DNA of 64,000 nt from Candidatus Methanomethylicia archaeon (GCA_038845975.1 JAWBQF010000009.1:13073-77072), one strand, 5' to 3'; counted from the first letter of the stretch, positions 22,686 through 34,822 are shown. Notes: a model not told the origin generated them from the letters alone. Made by a program: numbers and translations.

Positions 22686-23175
22686 GTATAGGATTCAACA
22701 AACATTTAAAGTTAAAAGTTAATATTTTCTTTTGCATTTCTTCTAATAACCTTTTATTACTGAGCATTTACTATATGCTCTGTTGTTTTTATTTTCTTAC
22801 TTATTTGTAATTAAATTAACAGCATTAAGAATCTCATAGAGACAAAGTATCATAGATCCAGTATTATAGTCTTATATTCATAAGAGATGTGTTAGGAAGG
22901 AGTGTAACTCTCGAGATCCTACTAACACTTCTAGCATTTAACATTAATACTCTGGTGGGATGAGAGAAAGTAGAAACTATGATTTATTAAAGACATCTTA
23001 TTATTCAAACTCCCAAACAAGAAAACTAAAACATACAAAAGATACAATAATAAACTAATCACTAACAAATACTTGAGTAAGAGTTAAGAATAATACTAAT
23101 AAATCTAAGCTGCTATATGTTCAAGGTCTTTAAAGTATGTTTAGGAGAAGGTTGCCTTAGGCGTGATGGTAAGTT

Positions 23176-24003
23176 ATGAATTGTGAGAATATTAAATTCA
23201 TGAGAGTAAGATATGATATAATAGGGGATATAGCAATTATTAAAATTCCTAAGCGAAATGATAAAGAAGTTGGAATTTTAATAGCTAATCACATATTAAG
23301 TAAATGTAAAAAGGTTAAGGTTGTAGCTACTCAAATAAAGCCAGCGCATGGAGAATATAGAGTGCAAAAATTTGAAGTTATAGCTGGTGAAAATAGAACT
23401 GAAACTATTCATAAAGAATCAAAATGCTTTTTTAAACTTGATATCAACAAGGTATTCTTTACACCAAGATTAATGTATGAAAGAATTAGGATTGCAAGGC
23501 TTGTTAACCATGGTGAAGTCATAGTAAACATGTTTGCTGGTGTAGGAACATATTCCATAGTAATAGCAAGACATTCAAAACCTTCTATTATATATTCAAT
23601 AGATGCCAATCCAGATGCTTACAACTATATGCTACAAAATATAGAAATCAATAAGTTTACAAATACTGTTGTACCCATACTTGGTGATGCTAGAGAAGTC
23701 ATAATGAGGAAACTAATAAATATTGCTAATAGGGTTTTAATGCCATTGCCGGAATTAGCTAAAGCTTATCTTCCATATGCAATTTTAACTTTAAAAAACG
23801 ATGGAGGATACGTACACGTCTATGATGTATATCATAGAAATAGAGGTGAAACGATTAATGATCTATTTAATAAAGCTATAAGGGATTATAGTAAGATTCT
23901 AAATAATAAAGTAAAGTATTTTGAGTTTAAACTTATTAGAGTCACAAGAAAAATTGGAGTAAGACTTTATCAAATAGTTATGGATATATACATAGTAAAA
24001 TGA
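23176..24003 (+). CDS. Trm5/Taw2-family SAM-dependent tRNA modification enzyme
   Basis: YDIIGDIA, TETIHKE, FFTPRL..ER, MFAGVG, RVLMPLP. Confidence 0.9.
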   Translation: MNCENIKFMRVRYDIIGDIAIIKIPKRNDKEVGILIANHILSKCKKVKVVATQIKPAHGEYRVQKFEVIAGENRTETIHKESKCFFKLDINKVFFTPRLMYERIRIARLVNHGEVIVNMFAGVGTYSIVIARHSKPSIIYSIDANPDAYNYMLQNIEINKFTNTVVPILGDAREVIMRKLINIANRVLMPLPELAKAYLPYAILTLKNDGGYVHVYDVYHRNRGETINDLFNKAIRDYSKILNNKVKYFEFKLIRVTRKIGVRLYQIVMDIYIVK

Positions 24004-24061
24004 TTTTGAATTATATCAATTAAATTTATATCGATAATAAAGGTTTAATTATGGTGATAGT

Positions 24062-24472
24062 TTGAGCCCAAAGAATAAAGTTAGACGAATAAGCATTTCA
24101 TTACCGCCAGAGTTACTACATGACTTTGATAAGTTAACTAAGAGTCTAGGTTATGAAAGATCTCGTGCTGTACAAATTGCAATGAGAGACTTTATAGCTA
24201 GTCATTATTGGACAAGAAGTGAGAAAAACGTTGTTGGAGCACTATTAGTAACATACAATCATGAGATTAAGGGGATTGTTGATAGAATTATTGATATTCA
24301 GCATAAATACTCAAGTTTAATTTCATCATCAATGCATATTCACTTAGATGAAAAAAGATGTTTAGAAATTATAATTGTTAAGGGAATAACAAGTAGTGTT
24401 AAAGAGTTACTCAAGGGGATGACAAATACGGATGGAATAATAAGCATTACTGTTAACATTGTAACAACATAA
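24062..24472 (+). CDS. nikR: Nickel-responsive regulator NikR
   Basis: RHH N-terminus; YNH, QH, HIHLD..CLE nickel-binding motif. Confidence 0.92.
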   Translation: MSPKNKVRRISISLPPELLHDFDKLTKSLGYERSRAVQIAMRDFIASHYWTRSEKNVVGALLVTYNHEIKGIVDRIIDIQHKYSSLISSSMHIHLDEKRCLEIIIVKGITSSVKELLKGMTNTDGIISITVNIVTT

Positions 24473-24526
24473 GAAAGTTACATTATTAGACATTAATACT
24501 TTACATTTGAATTAAGTACTATTGTC

Positions 24527-25057
24527 TTACTTTTTGCCGTTGTTTCTCATTTTTCTTGGAACAAACCAGTCAACAGTTATTCTACGACTACTTTGATGAA
24601 AACGTATTTTTATTACAAATCCCTTCTTCATCCATTCTTCTTTCAGAACTATTAATCTTTCCCTTTTCCTTTTAGGCATTTTAACAGCTACTATTGGTTC
24701 AGGCATATATCCTAACGTTTTAAGTTTACGGTAAATAGTATACAATTTTTCATAATCTGAGGGATAAAGATAGAGAAAATCCTTTCTTATAACTTTACAT
24801 TCAATAAGTTTTACTTTATGATTTTTCTGTAGGACTACTACATCAACATCAAATGAATGTGTACTCTTGAATGGAACGCCTTTCTTGGAAAAACGGTCAT
24901 AAACGTCTTTTTCATATAATTTACCATCCTTTGATAGCCATGCGTGTCTATCATACACCTCATAAGCATATTTTAATTTCCTTTTAGCTTCTTCAATATT
25001 ATTTTTTTCTAGTAGATCTATAGCTTCTTTAATCACTTTATCTACTTGAAAAGCCAT
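24527..25057 (-). CDS. PD-(D/E)xK nuclease, Hjc-like
   Basis: G.LYEKDV...VDVVV...LIECK; basic C-terminus. Confidence 0.7.
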   Translation of the reverse strand: MAFQVDKVIKEAIDLLEKNNIEEAKRKLKYAYEVYDRHAWLSKDGKLYEKDVYDRFSKKGVPFKSTHSFDVDVVVLQKNHKVKLIECKVIRKDFLYLYPSDYEKLYTIYRKLKTLGYMPEPIVAVKMPKRKRERLIVLKEEWMKKGFVIKIRFHQSSRRITVDWFVPRKMRNNGKK

Positions 25058-25694
25058 GAATACCGACCTTATAATGATAGTATAGTTGAGATATGTTATA
25101 GTTTAAAAATATTTACATTATGTAAGTATTATATGAACTTAACTTTATTTCGAAATCTCTTCTCTATTTTAATAGAATTCTATAGTAGTTCCGTTCATTC
25201 TCTACTAATCTTTCCTTCTCTTATAGCTATATGGTTTAAACTTACAAGTTTATTTCTTGGAAAACTCTTCGTCTATGCTGTCTTGTTAAGTAGGATTATA
25301 GCTCTTTAAATCTTCTGTAAAGTTGTCTTTCTCTATGATTATTAAGTTATACTTGTTCGCCTTATGAACTTAGGCTATCAATTACACATATTTTCACATC
25401 TAAAGTTAGCAGAGCTTGCTTGTTAGCTGAGCCTACATATAGTCAAGGTTATAATATCTTCCATCTGTAAAACATGTAGCCTTATAACATAGAGCTTTTT
25501 AACAAGTCATAGTCTATGATTTTCTCATCTTGGCAATATATACTTTTCTTTTTTATGTTTCTGGAACTTACATGACTTCTCTCTAGCTTAGGAGCTTCGA
25601 GTACTCTATGAATTGTTCTTATACCTGTTAATCCTTTTAATAACCTACTGTACTTAGTGTTGAGAGGAAAACCAACTTCTCTACAAAGAGTCCT

Positions 25695-25763
25695 GGGCTA
25701 TAGTATTTGAATAGTTTTGATAAACATGCGATTATTAGATGTGTTAAACTAAGACTATAGCTC
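25695..25763. mobile_element. 69-bp MITE-like element (GGCTATAGT-ended family)
   Basis: TIR gggctatagt / actatagctc; same end motif at 40235, 51875 and 52285. Confidence 0.5.
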
Positions 25764-25920
25764 GACAAGAATTACATAAAATACCATAATGATTTGCTTA
25801 GGTTTTTCTATAATGAAATAATAAAATATCTTAACAATATAATTTACCAAGCTCAATATAGGTTAATGATGATTTAGAGTTGCTACTATTGGCTTCTCTT
25901 CAATATAAGTAGTTGACAAT

Positions 25921-25978
25921 AGTTTTATGAACTTTAGATATGAAGCATATGTAGGTGATGGCTTAAGTTCACAAGGCA
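25921..25978 (+). mobile_element. 58-bp IS6-derived mini-MITE
   Basis: agttttatgaactt ... cttaagttcacaaggca; similar to 5678-5737. Confidence 0.6.
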
Positions 25979-26024
25979 GATATGAATATAGTAAAATTTA
26001 TTTTGGAAACTAAATGTTAACTGT

Positions 26025-26405
26025 ATGTTTAAAAAGATAGAATCAATAAATTTGATCATTGATTTCAATAGCATTGCGAAAATTAAGATATCACTTATTA
26101 GATTTCTTGCCCCTAGAACAATAGAAGATATGGTAAAACATCTTCCATTATTCTCAAGAGCATTTAAGGAAGTAAACTATATTAGAATTCCAATTAAACT
26201 TAAAACTGGACTGGAAAAGCCAGGTAAGCTGAATTTTAGTATGGGTGATGTAGCATACTGTCCTTTAGGTAGTGATATTATTTTATTTTTAAATGAAGGT
26301 TTATCATATGCGAAGTCGTTGTCTATAGGATACATTACTGAAGGAGTTAACGAGCTTAGAGAAATTCCAAAATCTATTCCTGTTCACATAAAAATGTTAG
26401 ATTAG
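26025..26405 (+). CDS. Cyclophilin-like fold protein
   Basis: APRT...LP...GDVAYCPLG..I.LF motif. Confidence 0.75.
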   Translation: MFKKIESINLIIDFNSIAKIKISLIRFLAPRTIEDMVKHLPLFSRAFKEVNYIRIPIKLKTGLEKPGKLNFSMGDVAYCPLGSDIILFLNEGLSYAKSLSIGYITEGVNELREIPKSIPVHIKMLD

Positions 26406-26737
26406 AGGGGATTTTGATTTAATGGTACATATACTTGAATTCTTGCGTTTCCACTAACAAGTTTAATTATTCCTTCTGAACATAGTATTTTAAGTATTCT
26501 TTTAGCATCTCCTATTTTTAGTCCATATTTAGAATATACACTAAAAGGTGTTAGATAACTTGTACTGCTTAAATCTTTCTTAATGTTCTCAATTATTGAG
26601 ATATCAACAGATGCAGGTATTGCTCCCCTCTTTATTTCCTTTTCTTCCTTTTTCTTTTTTTCTTCCACTTTTTCTTTTCTCTTTCTTAAAGATTCCTTTT
26701 CCATTGCTGTTATTGTTTTCTTCTTTTTACCACCCAT
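26402..26737 (-). CDS. rps25e: 30S ribosomal protein S25e
   Basis: MGGKKKKT Lys-rich N-terminus; YLTPF...KIGDAKRILK.L...G. Confidence 0.92.
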   Translation of the reverse strand: MGGKKKKTITAMEKESLRKRKEKVEEKKKKEEKEIKRGAIPASVDISIIENIKKDLSSTSYLTPFSVYSKYGLKIGDAKRILKILCSEGIIKLVSGNARIQVYVPLNQNPL

Positions 26738-26764
26738 ATTATTCCCAATAATATTAATGCTAGC

Positions 26765-27103
26765 TTAATTAAATTTTACTTGGGAATCTTCTAAAAGATA
26801 ATGTGAGCACCATATACTTACTATATAATCAACCATTTCCTTAATCTTTCTTATAGTGGCTTTTTCTGATTTCTTTCTTTTAACTATGCTATTTGCTAAT
26901 TTTAATAATTCTTCTATAACCCCATCTAAATCACTTAAAATATAGTCGTCATAACTAATAATCATTTTTGCAAATTCCTGCACTTTTTTTGCAAATTCGC
27001 AGTAATCCCGAGCTTTATATAAGTTCTGCATTTCATCCCAACACTCAATTATATGAGTTATACCTTTTAAATTAATTGTAATAGTTTTGGTCATCTCTCT
27101 CAT
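26765..27103 (-). CDS. Hypothetical helical protein upstream of rps25e
   Basis: 112-aa ORF with upstream AGG; co-oriented with rps25e; no recognised motif. Confidence 0.55.
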   Translation of the reverse strand: MREMTKTITINLKGITHIIECWDEMQNLYKARDYCEFAKKVQEFAKMIISYDDYILSDLDGVIEELLKLANSIVKRKKSEKATIRKIKEMVDYIVSIWCSHYLLEDSQVKFN

Positions 27104-27189
27104 CCTAAATTTAATCTACGAGTATAAAAACTCATCTCCTCATGTCATCCTATAGGCATAAACTTATCTAGCCATTTCCATTTGTATTT

Positions 27190-27279
27190 GGTCTATCATA
27201 AAAGCAGATCCTTTATCATTTTTCTAGAAACTTTCAGTCGCTGAACATTTATCATAAAGAAAAAGTTTTCTCTTAGACC
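27190..27279 (-). ncRNA. Candidate C/D box sRNA
   Basis: Minus strand: ATGATAA-11nt-CTGA-14nt-ATGATAA-13nt-ATGA inside a ggtcta/tagacc terminal stem. Confidence 0.4.
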
Positions 27280-27593
27280 GAACTCATTATGATGCGCTTT
27301 ATTTGCTTAAAACTTTGGTAGCTCCTAAATGTTTGCTATTAAGCTATGTCTAAAGCCTGTATTAATTTATATTTAGAACTGTTAATTGTAAAATATTTAA
27401 ATATCTTTTAATTGTCGGTTATCTTTATGTACTTAAGCCATCAACTGCGTATACTTCATATCTAAATTTCATAGAATCTTGATAATTAAACATAAGGAAA
27501 AATAAAATCATTAATGAACGCCTAATATAAAGGAGGATGGGTAAGGTTACATTAGGATGTCATAATAATAAGATGTTGACATCAAAGCTTTAG

Positions 27594-27878
27594 TTAACAT
27601 CCCTTTATAAGCCATTTTAATGGGATGTCTTGATGTGTGCCATCTGAAAGTCTACGTCTAATAGTTATTGGAAGAATACCAGCTTCAAGTTCTTCTTTTG
27701 CAATTTGAATTGGGTTATTATATCTAATACCTGAAAGTAATGGAGGAGCACCTAGTGATAATTGTAAAGCTCTAGCACCTATTATTCTGGCACGTTCAAA
27801 TCTTGTAAGTTTTGGTGGGCCAATAAGAATTCTTTTTCCTTTTTCCTCACATGAAACCTCAACCATAGTATCTACCAA
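27594..27878 (-). CDS. rpoK: DNA-directed RNA polymerase subunit Rpo6/K
   Basis: [22 protein letters not shown]...PITIRR. Confidence 0.97.
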   Translation of the reverse strand: MVDTMVEVSCEEKGKRILIGPPKLTRFERARIIGARALQLSLGAPPLLSGIRYNNPIQIAKEELEAGILPITIRRRLSDGTHQDIPLKWLIKGC

Positions 27879-27978
27879 GCATTCGCCGCATTCCTTAAAT
27901 GTTTTACTATTAGTTATTTAATTTTTTAAATCTTAAATAATGTTGCTAATAAAAACTTAGAAAAATAAGTTATTGTTA

Positions 27979-29619
27979 TTATTCAAATTCACTTGGAGCT
28001 CCTTCAGTAGGTTTCTTCTCCTTTTCTTTTTCAGGTCTGGCAGCAGCTATAATATCATCAATTCTTAAGATCATTATTGCTGCTTCAGTTGCAGACTTTA
28101 AGGCCTGTTTTTTAACATTTACAGGATCAACTATATGAAGACTCAGCATATCACTTATATCACCAGTGATTGTGTTAATTCCAGCCCATTTCATCTTTTC
28201 ATGAGCGGCTTTTAATTTTACAATTATGTCTATTGGGTCCAATCCAGCATTTTCCGCAAGAGCTAATGGTATAACTTCTAAAGCATCAGCATATTTCATA
28301 ACTGCAAGCTGATCTTTACCGCTTAACTTCTTTGCATATTCTCTTAAAGCCTTTGCAACTTCAATCTCTACAGCGCCTCCACCTCCAACTATTTTAGGCT
28401 CCTGAACAACATCTCTAACAACGCATATCGCATCATGAATTGATCTTTCAGCTTCAGCAACTAGTTGATCAGAGCCTCCCCTAAGAAGTATTGTTACTGC
28501 TTTAGGATTCTTACATTGTTCAACAAAAACCATTTTATCCTCAGCAACTCTTCTTTCTTCAACAAGTCCTGCTTCACCTAAATCTTTTTCAGAGATGTCC
28601 TCTATACTTGAAACTATTCTTCCACCAGTAGCTTTTGCTAATTTTTCCATGTCTGATCTTTTAGCTCTTCTTACGGCCATTATTCCCTTTTTAGCTAAGA
28701 AATGTTGTGCAACATCATCTATTCCCTTCTCACATATTACCACATTTGCACCAACACTTGCAATTTTATCAATCATTTTCTTTAAAACTTGAGTTTCTTC
28801 CTCAAGAAATCTTTTCATTTGATCTGGACGTGTAATATTTATTTTGGCGCTTATTTCTGGTTTTTCGATTTCTATGGGGCATTCAAGTAGTGCTATTTTA
28901 GCATTTTTAACTAGTTTAGGCATTCCTTCATGAACAACTTCTTTATCCAGAACAATACCACTTACTAAAACGCTTTCATCGATTGATTTACCATGTTTCT
29001 TTTCAACTTTAATATTATCAATATCTACTTTCCATTTACCATTGATTTTTTCAGCTACTTGAAGTACAGCTTCAACAGCAAGTTCTGCTAACTTCTCATA
29101 GGCCCCTGCGGTTACAACTTTCCCACTAAGACATGTTAATGCTATGTCCATTAATGTTTTCCTATCCATAGGATCTACAGGCTCAGCTATTGAATCCAAA
29201 GTCTCCAGGGCCTTATCAAGCGCGCGTCTGTAACCATCAACTATAACTGTTGGATGTACATCCGAATCTAAAAGCTCTCTAGCGCTCTTAAGTAATTCAC
29301 CAGCTAGTACTGTAGCTGTTGCTGTTCCATCACCAACTTCTTGATCCTGTGCCTTGGCAACTTCAACAAGCATCTTAGCTGCAGGATGTTGGACATCCAT
29401 TTCTTTTAGTATTGTTGCACCATCATTGGTTATTGTAACATCTCCAAAACTATCCACTAACATTTTATCCATACTCTTAGGTCCTAATGATGACCTAACA
29501 ATGTTAGCTAGTGCAATGGCTGCTGATATATTATTTTCCTGAGCTTCCCTACCTATAGATCTGCTTGTTCCTTCTTTAAGTACCAATACAGGCATACTAG
29601 CTATACGCGCAGACATCAA
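27979..29619 (-). CDS. Thermosome subunit (group II chaperonin)
   Basis: [33 protein letters not shown]. Confidence 0.97.
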   Translation of the reverse strand: MMSARIASMPVLVLKEGTSRSIGREAQENNISAAIALANIVRSSLGPKSMDKMLVDSFGDVTITNDGATILKEMDVQHPAAKMLVEVAKAQDQEVGDGTATATVLAGELLKSARELLDSDVHPTVIVDGYRRALDKALETLDSIAEPVDPMDRKTLMDIALTCLSGKVVTAGAYEKLAELAVEAVLQVAEKINGKWKVDIDNIKVEKKHGKSIDESVLVSGIVLDKEVVHEGMPKLVKNAKIALLECPIEIEKPEISAKINITRPDQMKRFLEEETQVLKKMIDKIASVGANVVICEKGIDDVAQHFLAKKGIMAVRRAKRSDMEKLAKATGGRIVSSIEDISEKDLGEAGLVEERRVAEDKMVFVEQCKNPKAVTILLRGGSDQLVAEAERSIHDAICVVRDVVQEPKIVGGGGAVEIEVAKALREYAKKLSGKDQLAVMKYADALEVIPLALAENAGLDPIDIIVKLKAAHEKMKWAGINTITGDISDMLSLHIVDPVNVKKQALKSATEAAIMILRIDDIIAAARPEKEKEKKPTEGAPSEFE

Positions 29620-29888
29620 ACATCACCTACTGTAATGATTTATTATATGTCATACAAGTTTACTAGTAGTGAGAGAATTAAAATAGGGCTCCTTATAATC
29701 TTTACGCTCATAGTGGATATTAACCATTATGATTTCATTTATAACTGAGATAGAAGGTTAAAATAGTAAAACAGTATAGCATTATGTGGTTTAATTTCGT
29801 TTCAGGGTTTGCTCCAAAGTTTTATATGAAAAATTATTAATTGATTAAACTATGAAAGATGATATAATGACTAAATAAGAGCTAAAAT

Positions 29889-30365
29889 CTAGGTTAGTAA
29901 TGAACGGGACATACAGTATGCATCTTCACCATTCATGTAGTAAGCTCTTAGTATTCGAACAACTGAGAAGCCTAACTTTTTATATAAATTTATTGCAGGC
30001 TTATTGGAGACTCTGACCTCTAAATATACTTCACTTGCCTGATAAGCACGTAAAGCTTTCATAGCTTCTTTAAGCAGATTTTCACCAATTCCTTTTCTTC
30101 TGTATTCAGGTAATACAGCTATAGATATAATGTGACCCTTTCTACAAACACCAAGTTTATGATTGCTAAAACCATATTCAACTCTACACATAATATATCC
30201 AACTACAACACCTTCATATTCAGCTACAAGAAAGGCTTTTGGATATTGATTATAATGCTCCATAAAGAACCATGGAGCATAGTTTTCAGGTAAACATTTT
30301 CTATTTATGTCAATAACGGGTTCCAAGTCATCTTCTCGAAATTCTCTAATTTGGTAATTGTTCAT
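29889..30365 (-). CDS. N-terminal acetyltransferase (Ard1/RimI-like GNAT)
   Basis: LPENY, GYIMCRVE, HIISIAV, RRKGIG, YLEVRVSN, YY.NGEDA. Confidence 0.94.
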   Translation of the reverse strand: MNNYQIREFREDDLEPVIDINRKCLPENYAPWFFMEHYNQYPKAFLVAEYEGVVVGYIMCRVEYGFSNHKLGVCRKGHIISIAVLPEYRRKGIGENLLKEAMKALRAYQASEVYLEVRVSNKPAINLYKKLGFSVVRILRAYYMNGEDAYCMSRSLLT

Positions 30366-30400
30366 TATTAATTGTTTAAAAGAAAAAATTTAAATTTTAA

Positions 30401-31010
30401 GGTCTCTCTTTAATGAGGTTGTTGTGGTTGTTAGTTTGTAAATTGTTTTAGAATTTCTGTTATTGCTTCGGTTGGGCTTATTCTTTCCGATCTTCTACAT
30501 GTTTGAATGCTGTTAAGTATAGGTTTATTTTTTACATATTTTCTATATATTGATAGCCATGGTATTAGCATTGACGTTCTATTTTCATAGTTGTTATGTG
30601 ACGTCTACCTCTAACCTATTCTGAGTGGTTTACATACTCATGTCTATATCTTAGCTTACTTACTTAAGCTTAGATATAAGTTGAAGCTATCATATGGTTA
30701 AGTTATTCTCAACTCTTCTACCTATTACCTTGAGAGATACTTCAAAACTCAACACTACTTGATGGAATGTAATCCTCCACTCCTACCGACAAGTAGGAAT
30801 GAAGCTGGCTTATCGTAACTCCATAATTCACGCCCCCTAAAGGCTCTTTGTCTAGCTACTTTACCTAGGCGTTTAATACTATACTATTGTTCCTACCCTC
30901 TTCAATCTAGTGTTAACGTATAATTCATCGGCTTCAACAGCTCCATTAAATCCAATCTTATCAATTCTACCTATTAATAAATGATGAATACACTTTTACT
31001 ACGCTTCTCT
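30401..31010 (-). pseudogene. Degraded IS1595-family element
   Basis: Minus-strand GAVEADELYV (30915-30953), DKPASFLLV, RHEYVNHS; homologous to 44272-44885; boundary near 31010 approximate. Confidence 0.75.
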
Positions 31011-31236
31011 GGATGTAGCAACTTAGCATATTGCAGCTTCCTTCCCAAGTTACCATGTCTGTTTTTCTTACCGAAATGTGTTTTCTAACATATGTAGTTT
31101 AAGTTCTTCAAGAGATCTAGAAAATCATAATGCACCACGATGAAAAATATTGGTTTCTCACCATAATACTTAGTATTTAAATCTTCATAAGGAAAATAAA
31201 TATATAAGATCTTATAGTAGATAGTACAGACTGAGT

Positions 31237-31776
31237 ATGAACTATAGCAGAATACTGAAAAATAGTAAAATTAAAGATTACATAATGATGGCTATACTAT
31301 TAATTACAGTATTGTTTGCATATAATATCTTACAGATAGTTCTTAATACAAAGGTACCTATAGGAGTCGTAAGTTCGAGCAGTATGGAGCCTAGCCTTAA
31401 GAAAGGAGACTACGTTATATGTATTGGGGTAAAAGCTGAAAATATAGAAGTAGGTGACATAATTATATTTAACTTACCCTATAAGTCAAATATTATTCAT
31501 AGAGTAGTGAATAAGACAAAGGATTCAAATGGAAACTGGCGTTTCTTAACTAAAGGTGATAATAATAATAGCCCAGACGAAAACCCATATAATATAGAGA
31601 CATGGATTAGAGAAAAGGACATTGTTGGGAAGGTTGTTCTTAAAATTCCTTATATTGGATGGATTACTTTAATTGCTCATGAAAGTCCAATAATATCACT
31701 AATAATATTCCTATTAATTTTGATTGTAATTACTGTTCCATGGTGTAAGGAGGAAAGAAGAAAGGGAAAAAGGTAA
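31237..31776 (+). CDS. Signal peptidase I (archaeal Sec11-type)
   Basis: SSSMEP, GD, IIHRV, TKGDNN. Confidence 0.95.
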   Translation: MNYSRILKNSKIKDYIMMAILLITVLFAYNILQIVLNTKVPIGVVSSSSMEPSLKKGDYVICIGVKAENIEVGDIIIFNLPYKSNIIHRVVNKTKDSNGNWRFLTKGDNNNSPDENPYNIETWIREKDIVGKVVLKIPYIGWITLIAHESPIISLIIFLLILIVITVPWCKEERRKGKR

Positions 31777-31997
31777 TACAAAAATTCTAGTCAGTATTAC
31801 TTAAATAACATGTACAATAGAAAACTTAAATTTGCTTAGTATAACATTAAACTTTTCCTAACTTTATTATCAGTTTATAAATGATTTAGACTCAAGAAGA
31901 AGAGGAACAGTTTAAAACTACCCTCTATTTAGGTAAATATTATTTTAGCTACGCTATAGCATGCTTAAATTTATTAGTAAAAACCCTAGAGAATAAT

Positions 31998-33026
31998 GTG
32001 AGTAGCTGCTTTCAAACAAGCATGCCTTATGTAAGTATAGTGATTATAAATGCAAGAAACATTAAGAATTTAGAATCTTGCCTGAAATCTATATATAAGA
32101 CTCAATATTCAAATTATGAAGTACTAGTTGTTGATTGCCAAACTCCTAAAATAGAGGAACTAGCGATGAGGTATAATTTTAGACTTATTGGCTTTAAAAA
32201 TGATGTTGGACCTGCAAAATCACACAATATTGGATTCAAAAATATAAGCATAAACTCTAAGTATATTGTATTCTTAGATAATGATATCAAAGTTACACCA
32301 CATTGGTTAAAAAGGCTGGTTGATGTCATGGAAAAAGATAGATCTATTGGAATAGCACAAGCATGCATTTTACAGTATGATCATCCGGATAAACTTGACC
32401 ATTCATGCCTCTCTATAGATCTTCTTGGAACATGGGTTTCAACATATGGATTAAAACAGAGCAGTATAGGTAATAGGATTATAGAGATTTTTGCCGCCTC
32501 ATCAGCGGCATGTATAACAAGACGTAATATCTATGAAATTACCGGAGGATTTGATGATGATTATTTCATATATGATGATGATACAGACTATAGCTGGCGT
32601 GTAAGACTTATAGGGTGTAAAGTGGTTTTAGTTAGAGATGCTATAGTATACCATAAAAGCAATATAGAGAAAAAATTGAATCCTTTTAGAGTTTATCATT
32701 CAACCAAAAATAGGCTATATACACTATTTAAGAATGCAGAACTAGAAAACTTACTAATTAGAGGAAGTATATACCTGTTTCTATCATTCTTAGCCATACA
32801 TGTATCTATTCTAATTAATACTCAATTTTCTATAAGTATTATTAAGGCTGTATATGAATTCATGAAGAATCTAAGAAAAATAATTATAAAACGAGTTTAT
32901 ATTCAGAGTATGAGGGCAATAAGCGATAAGATATTATTCTCTAAGGGCTTTCTAAGAAATAGTATTGAATTTACAGTTAATGAGTTACTACAAGAATACA
33001 AATATTTGAGGAGGAAGCGTATTTAG
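31998..33026 (+). CDS. GT2 glycosyltransferase
   Basis: VSIVI, FLDND, GGFD..FIY.DD.D..WR, VYH. Confidence 0.92.
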   Translation: MSSCFQTSMPYVSIVIINARNIKNLESCLKSIYKTQYSNYEVLVVDCQTPKIEELAMRYNFRLIGFKNDVGPAKSHNIGFKNISINSKYIVFLDNDIKVTPHWLKRLVDVMEKDRSIGIAQACILQYDHPDKLDHSCLSIDLLGTWVSTYGLKQSSIGNRIIEIFAASSAACITRRNIYEITGGFDDDYFIYDDDTDYSWRVRLIGCKVVLVRDAIVYHKSNIEKKLNPFRVYHSTKNRLYTLFKNAELENLLIRGSIYLFLSFLAIHVSILINTQFSISIIKAVYEFMKNLRKIIIKRVYIQSMRAISDKILFSKGFLRNSIEFTVNELLQEYKYLRRKRI

Positions 33027-33072
33027 GTAGGTTCATGGAATGAGAAACTTACTGTTAGAAGAGAGATAAACT

Positions 33073-34071
33073 ATGAGTGAAATAGACATATCTGTTATAG
33101 TTCCTGTTAGGAATGGAGCTAATACGATTAGAGATTTACTAGAGTCCTTGATGAAGCTGGAATATGATAGGAGGAAGTATGAGGTTATTGTTGTTGATGG
33201 ATACTCAACGGATGGAACTCGAGAACTCGTATTAAAGTATCCTGTTAAACTTGTTATGCAAGAAGGAACCGGATTAAATGCCGCCAGAAACACTGGAATT
33301 AAAAATTCAAAAGGAAAAATTGTTGTCTTTACAGATGCTGATTGCGTTGTTCCAAAGGATTGGATAAAAAATGTAGTTTCATGTTTTAACGATAATGACG
33401 TAGCATGTATAGGTGGAAGTGTAAAGGGATTAAGTAAGAACTTTACTTCAATATACATTGACAATACGGGTTTACATATTATGCCACAATATAAAAGACA
33501 AGAAATCCTAAATTTGTGGAAACCGTTCAGCTATCCCGCTGGATGTAACATGGCCTTTAGAAGAGATGTACTAATTAATATAGGACTTTTTAATGAGACA
33601 ATAAAGTACGGTTATGATGATCTTGAACTTATTGAAAGACTAGGATTAAAGGGGTATAAAATAAGACTTGAGCCTAATGTAATAGTATTTCATCAACATA
33701 GAGACTCTATCATTAAACTTATTAAACAAACATTTAGATATGGTAAGGGAGGGGGAATTTTAATAAAAAAGGTAAAGGGAGTTAGACCTTTAAGAACATG
33801 GCTTATACTTTACCTTATAGGTTTTATAATAGCAGTAATGCTTTTAATAGTGTTGTTGATTACAAGTATACTTTTTAATAATAGACTATCACTAGATATA
33901 ATTAAGGCAATTATATTGGCTCCCCTTACTTGGGGATTAATATATTACTTTATTAAAGGATTTAGAAAGAAAATCCTAAAATACACTTTAATATATCCAT
34001 TTATAGATTTATTGGTTATCTTATCATCAGCCATTGGTGAACTGTATCAATTATTTAGAAGAGAAACTTAA
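33073..34071 (+). CDS. GT2 glycosyltransferase with C-terminal TM helices
   Basis: SVIVP, VVDGYSTDGT, ARNTG, FTDADC, GCNMAFRR. Confidence 0.93.
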   Translation: MSEIDISVIVPVRNGANTIRDLLESLMKLEYDRRKYEVIVVDGYSTDGTRELVLKYPVKLVMQEGTGLNAARNTGIKNSKGKIVVFTDADCVVPKDWIKNVVSCFNDNDVACIGGSVKGLSKNFTSIYIDNTGLHIMPQYKRQEILNLWKPFSYPAGCNMAFRRDVLINIGLFNETIKYGYDDLELIERLGLKGYKIRLEPNVIVFHQHRDSIIKLIKQTFRYGKGGGILIKKVKGVRPLRTWLILYLIGFIIAVMLLIVLLITSILFNNRLSLDIIKAIILAPLTWGLIYYFIKGFRKKILKYTLIYPFIDLLVILSSAIGELYQLFRRET

Positions 34072-34822
34072 TAAATTAGAAGTCATCTACAAGTTTCTCT
34101 GGATTCAGCAATATTTGCTTGTCTTAAGATGGTTTTAAAATATTTAAGTCTTGTTACTTTATGTTTTGCTATAAAGCAGAACTTCTATTACCCTCCTAAC
34201 AACCTTTAGTGGCTAACCATTTATATGAAGTTTGTGAGTTAATAGTACCCGGATAAGAAAGTATTTAAAATCCATTTATTTACTTTTAATGGATTATGAA
34301 TATAGTAAATTTAATTTCTAGTTGTTTAAAATGTAATAGAAAAGGGTGAAACTAAAGTTTAGTAGTATTAGAGTATGTATTTCATGAAGGTTTAGAAGAG
34401 TTTCAAAATTATTAAGCTTAGCTATAGAATCTATAAGTAAATCTGCAATTCATACAATAAGTGAAACTAATCCTAACATTACATTCATTAACATAACCTT
34501 ATACAACCAATAGAATAACTAATAATAATTCACTAAATTTAGAGTCATTCATGTAAAGTCTCATAGTTACGATCAATATTTAATATTCTACTCATCTTCA
34601 AGCTACAATCATAAACAAGTTAATAAAGCCTACAAATAGAATGATATTCTCAACCTCTTAAATCCATAATTACTAACCATACAAAATACAGAGTAAGAAC
34701 ACCCAAAAATAAACTTCTAAATTTAATAGACACATAAACAAATCAAACTAAATAATATATTCAAAACTTCAACAAATTCGTTTAAAATGCATAATGTTAA
34801 GCATTAGATTTATATTCTTACT

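Noticed and set aside
25046-25680. ORF 25046-25309 and a decayed region with short matches to 39900-40200
   Set aside because: The ORF overlaps a gene start and has no motif; the matches are too short to define an element.
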